Shown here in pieces: positions 13,301 through 23,879 of a stretch of 64,000 nucleotides of DNA; the stretch's first letter is position 1; each line of letters begins with the position of its first letter. The DNA lies in assembly GCF_037042905.1 (NCBI RefSeq), contig NC_087246.1, forward strand, positions 7,690,001-7,754,000. The letters are read 5' to 3'. The notes below the pieces were generated by a model that worked only from the letters and a program-made list of their open reading frames with translations, did not search any database and was not told where the DNA came from. The translations under genes were made by a program, and so were the position numbers. The DNA is from Lytechinus pictus (lineage: Eukaryota).

Positions 13301-14695
13301 ATCACCCCCTTTTCTTATAGAACATCCCTCATTTATATTCACCCTTTTCATCCTAACTTTCTATTCTTTATGTACAGCTGTACAGCTCTCTATACACTAT
13401 CTGCTGTACACTCCTCACACAAGGTTCTTTTGTATTAAATCACTCCACCATTCTTCATACAGCTTTCTTTACTCTCTCTCCCTCTCCTTTCACCTCTCTC
13501 CTTCTGATTGGTTATAATGTTAAGTTGATGCACTCAAGCTTAGATAATAATTTGCATATAGTTTGAATAGTCAATATATCCTTTGTTTGTATATTTGAAT
13601 ATTCAGTTATACTTTGTTCTAATGATTTATATTTATATGAATATTGATGTTCTTAAACTAATTTGAATGGAATGTTGCTAAGAATGCAACAAGGCTTTGA
13701 TACATTAAAAACTGGGAGTTGGCCAGTAAGTTCTCAACCTGACAACATGTCTGCTGGGCTGTCTCTGTGTTAAGAGTACTAGGAATGTAATGTAAACAGA
13801 ACCCCGTACTACAATAGTAATATTACAATAAACGGACAACCTTTAAATTTTCAGGAATGGAAAGAAGCTGGTACATATATATGTTCAACAAGTTGTATAC
13901 AAAGGCAAAAGGAAAGATATATCATTTTTTAGAAACTTTTTTAATGTGGATAACTTAGTATTTAGTTTTAGATTTTTAAAATTAAAAAAAAACATTTCCT
14001 GCTCATTGGTTTAAAAAATAAGTATGATGAAAGAAAAACAAAATGAGTCTCCAGAACAAGAAGAAATCGATACATCTAACTTGCACCAGAGCAAAAAAAT
14101 ACTATTTGTTGTTTTTACAACAAAAGAAGGTTGATTTTTATATTTTGGAAATCTGGGCAAAACAACTAAAATTGCCGGAAAATTTAGTTTGGAAAGATAT
14201 CCCTCATTTTAAATTCAAAAAGATAAAAGATAACAGAATTAAGCAATTCAATTTCAAACTGCTACATAAAATATTACCTTCCAGAGACAATTTGTTCAAG
14301 TGGAAAATTGTAAATAAAAATCAATGCGAAATCTGTAATGAAATCGAGACGATTAGCCATTTTCTGTTTTTTTTTGCAAAAAGATTAAAGTTTATTGGAA
14401 AATCATATCGAGGATGATTTATTTCATTTTCAAAGAAGAAATTGTAATAACTATGAAAACATTGTTAATTGGGTATAAAATAGACAACCCAAAATTTGAT
14501 CTTATTAATTTGACGATCAATGTTGCCCAGTTTGTAGTTTATAATCATTATGTAAAATGCAACCTTCAAAGTCTAAATCATAGCAATAAGAGATTGATCA
14601 CGGAATTTGTTTCATATTTGAAGTTTTATTTAAATCATTACGGATCTAAACAATTTTGTGTATTAGAGGTTAAGAAAATTATTGATATATTGTAA
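10349..14695 (+). pseudogene. LINE ORF2 (EN-RT-zinc finger), disrupted by stops, frameshifts and a solo LTR
   Basis: SPGSDGL, WRPISLLN, QGCPLS and FADD in 11608-12726; KQFNFKLLH and CEICNEIETISHFLF in 14043-14417. Confidence 0.93.
13255..13813. mobile_element. Solo LTR (559 bp) inserted in LINE ORF2
   Basis: TGTAG...CTACA termini; 4-bp TSD ATAG at 13251-13254 and 13814-13817; removing it restores the ORF2 frame LLNNSNITINGQPLNFQEWKEAG. Confidence 0.85.
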
Positions 14696-14809
14696 TTACT
14701 GTTATAATTATTATATTTCACTCTTGAAAAAAAAAGTTATTCCTATGTATATATGTAAATATTTTGAAACAATAAATCCTCAATGAAGAGGCAAAGAGAG
14801 AAAAAAAAA

Positions 14810-15514
14810 TAATGCATATGAGACATTGTCCACATTGTAATGGATACTTTATCAGGGAAATCAATTAAAATTCAGCAATGGCTGGGCGCGGTGTTTATTT
14901 GGGGTTGAACAAACATGGAAGGGGTCTTTGTCCCTTGTGACCGTTTTTTTTTGTTTAAATAAAAGATGCTGGCTTTGGCCTGAATATGACTTTCCTCTCC
15001 TATCTTTTATTTGCACGGATTATTCTTTGTACTCTACCAATCTCTCAACATTAATGAATAACTACCATATTAGCAATCAAATTATCTTTTGGATATTGGC
15101 TTTGTTTACAAAGTAAATTAGATCATTCTAGAAATATAATAATCGTTTTTCTATGCAAACAATGATATTATTTGAACATTACAAAACTTTATAAACCGTG
15201 TCAACGCCCCTCAAATGAGCATATAGTAGCGCTGGTTATTGGTGAAGTAGTAGTAAAAATAGTGGTAGAAGTAGTAGTAGAAGTAGTAGTAATAGTAGTA
15301 GTATAAGTAGTAGTAGTACTAGTAGTAGTACTAGTAGTAGAAGTAGTAATAGTAGTAGTAGCAGCATAAGTAGTAGTAGCATAAGTAGTAGTAGCAGTAG
15401 TAGTAGTAGTAGAAGTAGTAATAGTAGTAGTAGTAGTAGTAGTAGGAGTAGTACGAGTAGTAGAAGTAGTATTAGTAGTAATAGTAATAGTAGTAGTAGT
15501 AATAGTAGTAGTAC

Positions 15515-15564
<50 letters not shown>

Positions 15565-15585
15565 ATAATAATAGTAGTAGTAGTG

Positions 15586-15628
<43 letters not shown>

Positions 15629-17182
15629 GAGTAGGAGGAGGAGTAGTAGTAGTAGTAGTAGAAGTCATTAGAAGTAGTATTAGCAGTAGCAGCAGCAGCA
15701 GCAGCAGTCAAGCCCGTATGGAGACGTACAGTTTCAGCAAAAAAATGAAAATGATAATACAGAGAAGCAAAAATCTATGAAATTCATGAATGAACAAAAT
15801 ATAGAATTTAGAAAAATAAAATATTTATTAAAACATTCCATTAGATAGCGGTGATACTCTTTTTTACAAATACATTTATTTTACTTGTGTAATATCACTT
15901 AAAACATTAATGACACTACGCAGTTGAGTTCAATGAATTCAATAAAAACAAATTTTAAAGAAAAATTAGCCTTATTTAAAGCCCAAGTTAAAACAATATT
16001 TGTTCTTCCTTGTTATTTCTTGCATAATCTTACATTTACTGCTCCCACCCTCCTTGTTGTTGGTGTTTGTTGATGCTGTGTGTACACTTTTCATTAAATG
16101 CTGTCATTAAGTATTTATATTATATTGGATGGCTCAGAACGGAATACCGGAAATAAAGAGGTTTACGGACGCTCCTCATGTGCAAAAATTCTGTGTTGAA
16201 CTCTGCCACGCTTTGGATGTTTTTCCACCCCCCCCCCCTCATCCGAAACATCGATCGACATCCCTGACTAGTCTTGAAACTTGACTTGAAACTATTCATT
16301 TTTTTACATAACTTCAGGCTACGCCAGTTAAAACTGAAACCCGGGAAATATAGGAATAAATCCATCTAATTTCTATAATTACGATTTGCATAATTCCTGA
16401 CAAATACTGAAAAACCTGCTTAAGTTTAATTACCGTCGTTAGATGATCTCCAGTACTTTAAATTCCGTCTGTCTTATCTATCTATGTATCATCCTGTATC
16501 GGCCACACAGAAACCCTGTTAGCGTAACGTTGCGCTAACAATTCGCTAACAAAGGGCCCCTATACAACCAGTAATGTCGCCGCAATGCCTGTCAAAATAA
16601 TGCATTATTTAAACCTGGGATCAACGCTTGACATCAAAATTTGTATATCATTATTCATTTACAAATCAGATACTAACAATATGGGTAGAATGACCAGAAA
16701 GAAGGGACAGAAAGCGCTGTTAATGCGCCGTTTGGCGCGAGTGTTGTTAAGGGATTTGAGTCAGGCAAAATCAATAATTTGTGCGGAGTGATCTACATTT
16801 GATTTAAGATTTAGTAATAATTATTTGCAGATACTACAAGTTTAAAATAACAAATCCTTATTGTTGCATTTTAAACATGAAATGACAGCGAGTAGTAAAT
16901 ATATATTTACCAATTTAATTTTTAAAATATCGAATGAGCTTTAAAATGATCAAGAAAATTAGCCTATCATGAAATTACGATAGAGATTCTGTACCAAAAA
17001 ATCAATCCCACTTTTCATCAGTTTCTTTTGTTTGAAAATGCTCTTTACAGACTTTACTCATCATGCTGCAAAATAGAGTGTTAAATTTTTGATATTCAAG
17101 AATTTTGTTATTTATTTATCACATATTGATGAAATTTTCACCATTTTTCTTATCTAATTTTACTCCGTACATTCATATATTG
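14810..17182. repeat. Non-LINE part of the tandem duplication, copy 2
   Basis: Near-identical to 6610-8932 apart from microsatellite length changes and scattered substitutions. Confidence 0.92.
15245..15707. repeat. (TAG/GTA)n microsatellite, paralogue of 7045-7452
   Basis: Direct reading; shares interruptions such as GGAGTAGTACGAG. Confidence 0.95.
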
Positions 17183-17196
17183 TTGTGTGGGCCCGG

Positions 17197-17301
17197 CACT
17201 AGCGTACCCACGGGGGGGGCAGGGGGGCACTCTGCCCCCCTGACGAGTCACAACCCATATAAAAGACATATACCTGCTCCCCCTGACGAGTTTCTTGAGG
17301 A

Positions 17302-17336
<35 letters not shown>

Positions 17337-17481
17337 TGTCAAATTTTTTGCTGGTACGAAAACCTTCATTTTTGCAATTGAAGACCTTTTTTTTTTTTTT
17401 TTTTTTTTTTGCTTGTCAAATATTTTGACGAACAATTTTGCCCCCCCCCCCCCCCTGTGGAAAATCCTAGGTACGCCACTG
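17197..17481. mobile_element. hAT-like MITE
   Basis: CACTAGCGTACC...GGTACGCCACTG termini; 8-bp TSD GGGCCCGG at 17189-17196 and 17482-17489. Confidence 0.85.
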
Positions 17482-18891
17482 GGGCCCGGAAATACCCTTT
17501 TAATTCAGTCGAGGTTTATTTTTAATTACTTGGTATAAGAAAGGGAGACAAGTTTAAAAAAGGAGAAATTATTCACTTACATCGTCACTATTTGTGCCCT
17601 TAGCACTGTTAGTGATTTCTATTAACATTAGCGCCACTGCTAGCTTCTGCTGGGCCATTAATTGTTAGATAATTAGGAATTCGGCTAATCTTGTGTGACT
17701 TTATCGATACCGATAAGCCTCCTGTTAGTGCTCTGTAAGTGAAAACAATGCGTCTAGCGGTGGTCGCCCGTAAAAAGGTGTGACTGCCCCTAGAACGCCT
17801 CTGTGCGGCTGTCACTCCTTTTCGTGTGCAAAATTCTCTCACGCGACACCCGCACCATGCATGCTGTGAGATTAAATCCCGCATGTGTTGATATGTACAC
17901 GACATATGCAATAGGCCTATCCGTCTGAACACCATCCGAATTTGCGGAGTTTTTTCTTTTGATTGCTCCTCCTACACAAGTCCGTAAGATATGTGAAAAA
18001 GATGCTTGAATCTGACAGAAAGTGTAAAATTTGGCATACAGGGGTAATTGCCGGTGTAGCGGCGGATTCGGTTCCACCGGCGGATACCGTATCCGCCGGC
18101 AGATATCGTTCTTAATGGCCGATATCGTTTTTAATCGGAACCATATCCGCCGGGTTTGACGCGGCTTGATGTTTGCAGATTTGGTTCCTCGGCGGATTTG
18201 GTTCTATTGACGATACGTGTAATATTTATTTGGACAGACGTCCAACCTCGGCAGCGCGCGCATGCGCGGCTTTGGCAATGTCGTTACCAATGGGGGGAGG
18301 GGATTTTCGTCCGCCTTTAGACTTTTAGTGAATTTTTATTCAGGGGCGGATCCATACAGCTTTTGACGAAGGGCTCGATGGGGGTGAGGGAATAGGAGAA
18401 ACAATGACTCGATATATCATGTATACATAGACCTGGCACATGCGCCAAAACTTTGCTATTTATTATTATCAGATTTTGATGAAATTTTCATCATTTTGTT
18501 TTGTAGGCCCTACGTGAAAATTTATACTACTTTAAGTCCGCAGTATGCATCGATATCTTTAACTGTGCTTTTTCACACCATGATTAGTGTAAGTTTGCCA
18601 GACTGGCGAAAATTTGTACCCCCATATAGGCCTATAGTTTTTATAAAACTACAGATTTTCAATGAGTTAAAACTTCATAATTTCAAAATAAATGAGGCAA
18701 ATTAGTTTATGAATATATATTGCTGTTAACTCATATTATTGCTTGTAGAGTGCTAATTTTTTGTGAAAACATTTAAAAAAAGAATTTCAAAACATGATTA
18801 ATATCTTATGTAGTTTATTGTAGGCCTATTTTTATTTTTTTTTTTTTTTATTCCTTTTTTTCCAATATTTTTGTTAAGGAATCTGAATTAA

Positions 18892-19330
18892 AGGGATGGT
18901 CCGGGCTGAACATATTTATATTTTAATACATAGAGTAGAATTCACTGAGCAAAATGCAGAAAATTTCATCAAAATCGGATAACAAATAATAAAGTTATTG
19001 AAGTTTAAAGTTAAGCAATATTTTGTGAAAACAGTCATCATGAATATTCATTAGTTGGGCTGATGATGTCACATCCCCATTTTCCGTTTTCTTATGTTAT
19101 CACACAAAACCATATTTTTTTCATTTATTTCATACTTGTGTGAATAATATGTCTCCCTTATAATGAAATAAGTTGCAGCAATAAATATCTAATGCACTAA
19201 ATCAGTTGTCAATCCAAATTTTCTAGTTCTTGGAGGAAAAAATTTGAATAAACCTAATTTCATATAATAAATTACAAAAGAACAAGTGGAGATGTGACAT
19301 CATCAGTCCACCTAATGGATATTCATGACG
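18892..19330. mobile_element. Kolobok-like (TTAA-site) palindromic MITE, truncated on the right
   Basis: TTAA|AGGGATGGTCCGGGCTGAA; homologous to the fuller copy at 52163-52720. Confidence 0.65.
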
Positions 19331-20410
19331 TAACAGGCGGGGGGGGGAGTTGCCCCCTGTCGGATTTAACCAGGAATAAAAGAAAAACGGGAAAGGAAAA
19401 AAAAAGGAGGGAGAAAGAAAGGGAAAGGGGAAAAGGAAAGGAAAAAGTGAAAAGAAAAATACCCCTTTTAATGGAAAAGGAAGGAAATCGGGAAAATGAA
19501 CATTTGAGAAAGAACAAATCATTCCAAAACAGGCATATGTAATGCAATAGCACGGTGGGAAATAAATTAAAAGATGACAAAATGGCAAACAATAGCGCGA
19601 AACGAAGGTAAAATGCAATTAGTCAAAAGCTAATTTTTGGAAAACAAAGAAAAGGGACAAGAAAAAAAAAATAACACGACCGGGCTTCCGATGATTGAAA
19701 TTAAAGAGCGGGAAGAAAGATGGACTGCATACAACATTGTGCTATAAGCTAGCCAAATTTTATGTAAATAAGCTACCGGGGCTTTGCCCCAGACCCCACA
19801 CAGTAGGGGCTCTTCATTTATACTGAACCTCAAATTGCTCTATAACGCTTCCCGTTCACAATCACGTTCAATTACTGCACATGCGCCGGGGGGGGGGGGT
19901 CTTGGTTCCACACCCAAGAGAAATAATATAAATTAAAGGAGACAAGGTATAATGAAATGAATGGAAACAATGAAATTTGTTAGTTGCTGAATCTAATGGA
20001 AAAATCAATTACATAATTAGAATTTAATTTCAAAAGGCATTTTTTTCCAGCTCGATCGCTTTGCGACTTTTTACAGATTTTTCCCACATTACTATGTTTT
20101 GCCCCTCAAAATATTTGGTTCATTACGCAACTGGGTTGAATAAATGTGTTGTGTAAAAGCTATATCCTGTACATGCATGCCCGCGATTTGATTAAAATAG
20201 CGGCAATCTGCGAGGTTTAAATGGCTTTGATATCAAGAAATTCCGGACCCCAACCGCACAGCACTGCGTATGGAAGGGTCGGGCTATGGTCCCAAAAAGT
20301 TCTACAAACAAGAACAAAAAGAAAGGAGGAAAGAAAAGCAAAGGAAAAGTGTAGAATATGATTTTATTTACTGAATATAATGCCAAAAAATAGCTCAAAG
20401 TTAGATTCTT
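19331..20410. mobile_element. Fragment of the same repeat family as the interior of 1126-2789
   Basis: Shared blocks, e.g. CGGGCT..GA.GATTGAA...GAGCGGGAA.AAAGATGGA and GCTACCGGGG. Confidence 0.65.
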
Positions 20411-20819
20411 CTTTGTGCAAACTTAATCTCTGATTAACGTCAGTCTGAGTTTGACTCTGTCCCTAATCATCAGAATAAAGGCAAAATGTTGAGGCTTTCC
20501 TCTTCAAGGCCTAATGTAACTAGAATCCGAAAGGTAGCTGGCTCTCAATTAGACTAAGGCTAACCCACCTCTTCTTCGAACTTCATTTCGCAACGTTATT
20601 CACGCGCGGTGCGCGTGCATGCATGACGTGTGAACATGATGAATGAAGGATATCGCGATAGCGCAAGAACGATATCTTCCGAATCTTCCGAAGGGAGTGG
20701 CCTTTTTTGGTACTGAATCCGCCGGAGGAGAACCATATCCGCCGGCGGATTTGGTGCCTAGAACAGTATCTGCCAGGCGCAGGATCCGCCGGTACACCGG
20801 CCCCAAGCTATTTCACCAT

Positions 20820-22810
20820 CGGGTCGGCCGCCATTTTGAAATCTAAAATGGCCACCATGAAAAATCATAAATATCATTTTCTTGAGTTTTACATGACATG
20901 TGACACTGATACCTGGCATATAGGGGTATTTTGAGGTACTGATTTCAAATATTGGAGGCCTTAAGCAATTTGTCCACCAGGTTGGCTGCAAAATGGCCGC
21001 CATCTTAAAATCTTGAAATAATAATAGCAGGGCCCGCTGGTAGAACAGTTTTTGAAACTGAAGTGGCTACCCTGGGTAAATATGCCTATATTATTATTAT
21101 TATTATTATTATAAATCCAAGATGGCCGCTGTGCTATATCATTGCAATAGTTTTCTCTAGTTTAGAATGAACTATGGCATTGAAAATAAGCATATTTTAA
21201 GGCATTTATTTCAAAAAGTCTTACTACCAGGTCAGCCGCCATCTTGAAATCCAAAGTGGCCGCCATGAAAAAATAATTTGAATTAATTTTCTTAAATTTT
21301 AATATGTGCTCTGGCAAATAGACAAATTTTGGGGTGCTGATCCCAAAAACTGCTGGCCACAAGTGATCTGACCATCAGTTCAGCGACAAGTTGGCTGCCA
21401 TGAATAAACCATATTATATCAAAATAATTTCTTGGATTTTACATTATACAGTGCGTATCAAAAAAAAGTTTACACTTAGAAAAAATCCTGTAAAATTATA
21501 CATTTGTAATATCCTGACGATTTTTCCACATTTTAGCATTGGTACAGATCCATTTAAGCAAATGACGATATAACTGTCGAAAAATATTTCCGCTTGAGTG
21601 AGCACCACTTACTTTTGAAAAGTTGGTGAAAAATGATTTGCGCAGAACTTTGAAAAAGTTACGCGAGTAAAAGTAGACCTTAATCATGAAGAACACGGTG
21701 AAATTAGCTAGTAAAATTGATTTGGAGATATCTTTTACCTTTTTTAACTAGTTTCCTTGCCCCAAAACACTTCGAAGAGTGCATTGCGAACCACCCCACT
21801 CCCCCACACACCGAGTCCATCGTTACGATATTTGCTTTACACTGAGCTGTGATTTACATGAAATGGCTTAGGGTTAATTTTCATTTTGTTAATTGCCAAG
21901 CTAGGGAAAAGTGTGGAGAAACAACTATTAAATGAAAAATGAAATGTAAATCAACTTTAAATGATAAAAACTTAGCAAAAATGTTGGAGATGTCTGATAT
22001 AAAATTTTGTACAGATTTAGTTATATCCTCAGATCTAGCTGGCACAAAAAGGGTAAAGGTTGTGCTTACTAAGTGTTGAAATTTCAAATTTGGGCGGCAA
22101 AATTGTTACAAAATGCTTGAATGTATCCGTTTTATTTCAATTGGCTAAAAGTGCTAGGGAAATTTTTGAGAAATGCTTCGCAGGGTAAGTTTGATCTCGC
22201 CCTTTCCCCTTGACACAGCGTGAAAACAAGCATTTCTGCGCAAACAGATTTCTGCGAGCTTTACAAAAATGGACAGTGCTCACTCAAGTGTAACATTCTG
22301 TCAAAACTTTAACTTTCATTGGATAGATGAGACCCAAACCCATAATTATATATGAAAAAATTACCCACATGCTGTATATTTTTTAATTCCCAGGGCTTTT
22401 TCAAAGTGTAAACTTTTTTTGATACGCACTGTATAAAATTATGACAACAAAATTTGGCATGCAGAAGTACATGGCAGTAATTTTGGTCGGCCACCAGCAA
22501 TACGACCACCGGGTTTCGGCAAAATGACCGCACAGCAATGATCATTTTCTTGAGTTCTATATGTACTCTGGCCCTGAAAATTATCATATAGGCATATATT
22601 CAGGCACTGATTATTGTCAGACCCCTGTTTGGTTGCCATTTTGAAAATACAAGATGGCCGCCATGAAAGATAATTTGCACAAGTTCTAAGAATGGCCTGT
22701 GACACTGTAAATTTGGAGGAAATTTGATCTTTACACCCTTATTCAATTAAAAAAGCATAATAAATTAGATGCTATTTTGAATTCCAATATGGTTACCAAG
22801 TTTGAATGAT
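20820..22810. repeat. Interspersed repeat built from CAA(A/G)ATGGCCGCC motifs in both orientations
   Basis: Motif recurs at about 20827, 20990, 21118, 21235, 21255 and 22650. Confidence 0.55.
21449..22431. mobile_element. Tc1/mariner-like MITE
   Basis: TA|CAGTGCGTATCAAAAAAAAGTTTACACTT...AAGTGTAAACTTTTTTTGATACGCACTG|TA. Confidence 0.88.
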
Positions 22811-23685
22811 GTACAACATCATGATGTTGAGTAAGACCCATTGTATTGGCACTAAAATAAATCCGACACAATGCGAGTTTTTAATATTTTTACATGAGCG
22901 TGTGTGTAATTTTATAAGCTACCCTCTGAGTAAATGTCATAGACGTATTTTATGTCATGCATCAGTAGACACCGCCAGAAGGCAGTATTGTCACTTTTCA
23001 AAAGTCACAAGCCAATTATCATGATTTTTATTCCACTTTATTGGAACGAATTCCACATTCTCATCATGAAAACTTGTACAAGGTCCTTTCTAAAAGACAT
23101 ACAAGGTTTTTGCTAAATTTCACTGTTGAATAAACACGAGATAAAATTTTCTATAATTGGATTTTTTACATATTTCTATCGATAAAAATGATCGAATATG
23201 ATCACAATTATTTTTTGGGAAGATTATCTTCAACAATATTCATCGTTTCACGCATCAATGAACATTTATTGAAATAAAAAATACGAATTTCAAATATCAT
23301 ACGCAAGTATTGTTTCATTTTAGTAACTAAAATGATCTGTCCTCGACTTGTTTGTTATGTTCATGACCAATTAACATGCTTCAATGATTCAAATTCGTTT
23401 AATTAAACAATCACCTTTGAATAAACATGTGGAATGCGATTAGCTCTTTTTTACATTTTTGGAAAAAATGCAATTGCTATCTATGGATTTTTGTCACAAA
23501 CCTCCTTTCATCGTTCATTTGACTTGATTTTTATGAAAATCACGATGTCTAATTAATGCTTAAGGGTGAGCACACAATATTCGAAAATTGTGCAAATGAG
23601 AACAAAGTTAAAGGCCTAGGCCTCTCGCAAAAAGTGTTCACCAGCTTACAAGTTCACGATCTTTCGAGTGCCGCTGCACGAAAAT

Positions 23686-23858
23686 TGTGTGTGTATTTTG
23701 AGTTTTGTCAGACGTGTATCAATGAGATATGATTATTTACGTCTTGGACCGACCTTTAACGTCACCATCCGAAAGACGTGACCAGGGCTCGAACCTCTGC
23801 ATCAATTTGTAACTTCACCACATACCTTGGATTACAGGCGCACACCACGACGCCCAGT
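23686..23858 (-). mobile_element. SINE-like element with a 7SL (SRP Alu-domain)-like 5' head
   Basis: Minus strand reads ACTGGGCGTCGTGGTGTGCGCCTGTAATCCAAGGTA, then B-box GGTTCGAGCC, then GTCTTTCGGATGGTGACGTTAAAGGTCGGTCC, then a short (CA)n tail. Confidence 0.6.
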
Positions 23859-23879
23859 TTGACGAAAATTATCTGATAA

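Larger units (their letters stand above)
8933..14809 (+). mobile_element. L1/Tx1-type non-LTR retrotransposon copy 2, near full length but inactive
   Basis: Putative 5' UTR, ORF1, ORF2 with EN, RT and a C-terminal CEIC...H zinc motif, AATAAA and A-tract at 14801-14809; 5' boundary approximate. Confidence 0.9.
18050..20801. mobile_element. Probable non-autonomous TIR element with GC-rich CCGCCGG/GGCGGAT subterminal repeats, carrying nested fragments
   Basis: GCCGGTGTAGCGGCGGAT at 18050 and ATCCGCCGGTACACCGGC ending at 20801; no clear TSD. Confidence 0.5.

Noticed and set aside
7036..15780. Poly-Thr, poly-Val and poly-Tyr ORFs (mucin-like)
   Set aside because: Translations of the (TAG)n microsatellites
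23686..23858. Genuine 7SL/SRP RNA gene
   Set aside because: Only ~36 nt resemble the Alu domain; no S domain or oligo-T terminator is visible
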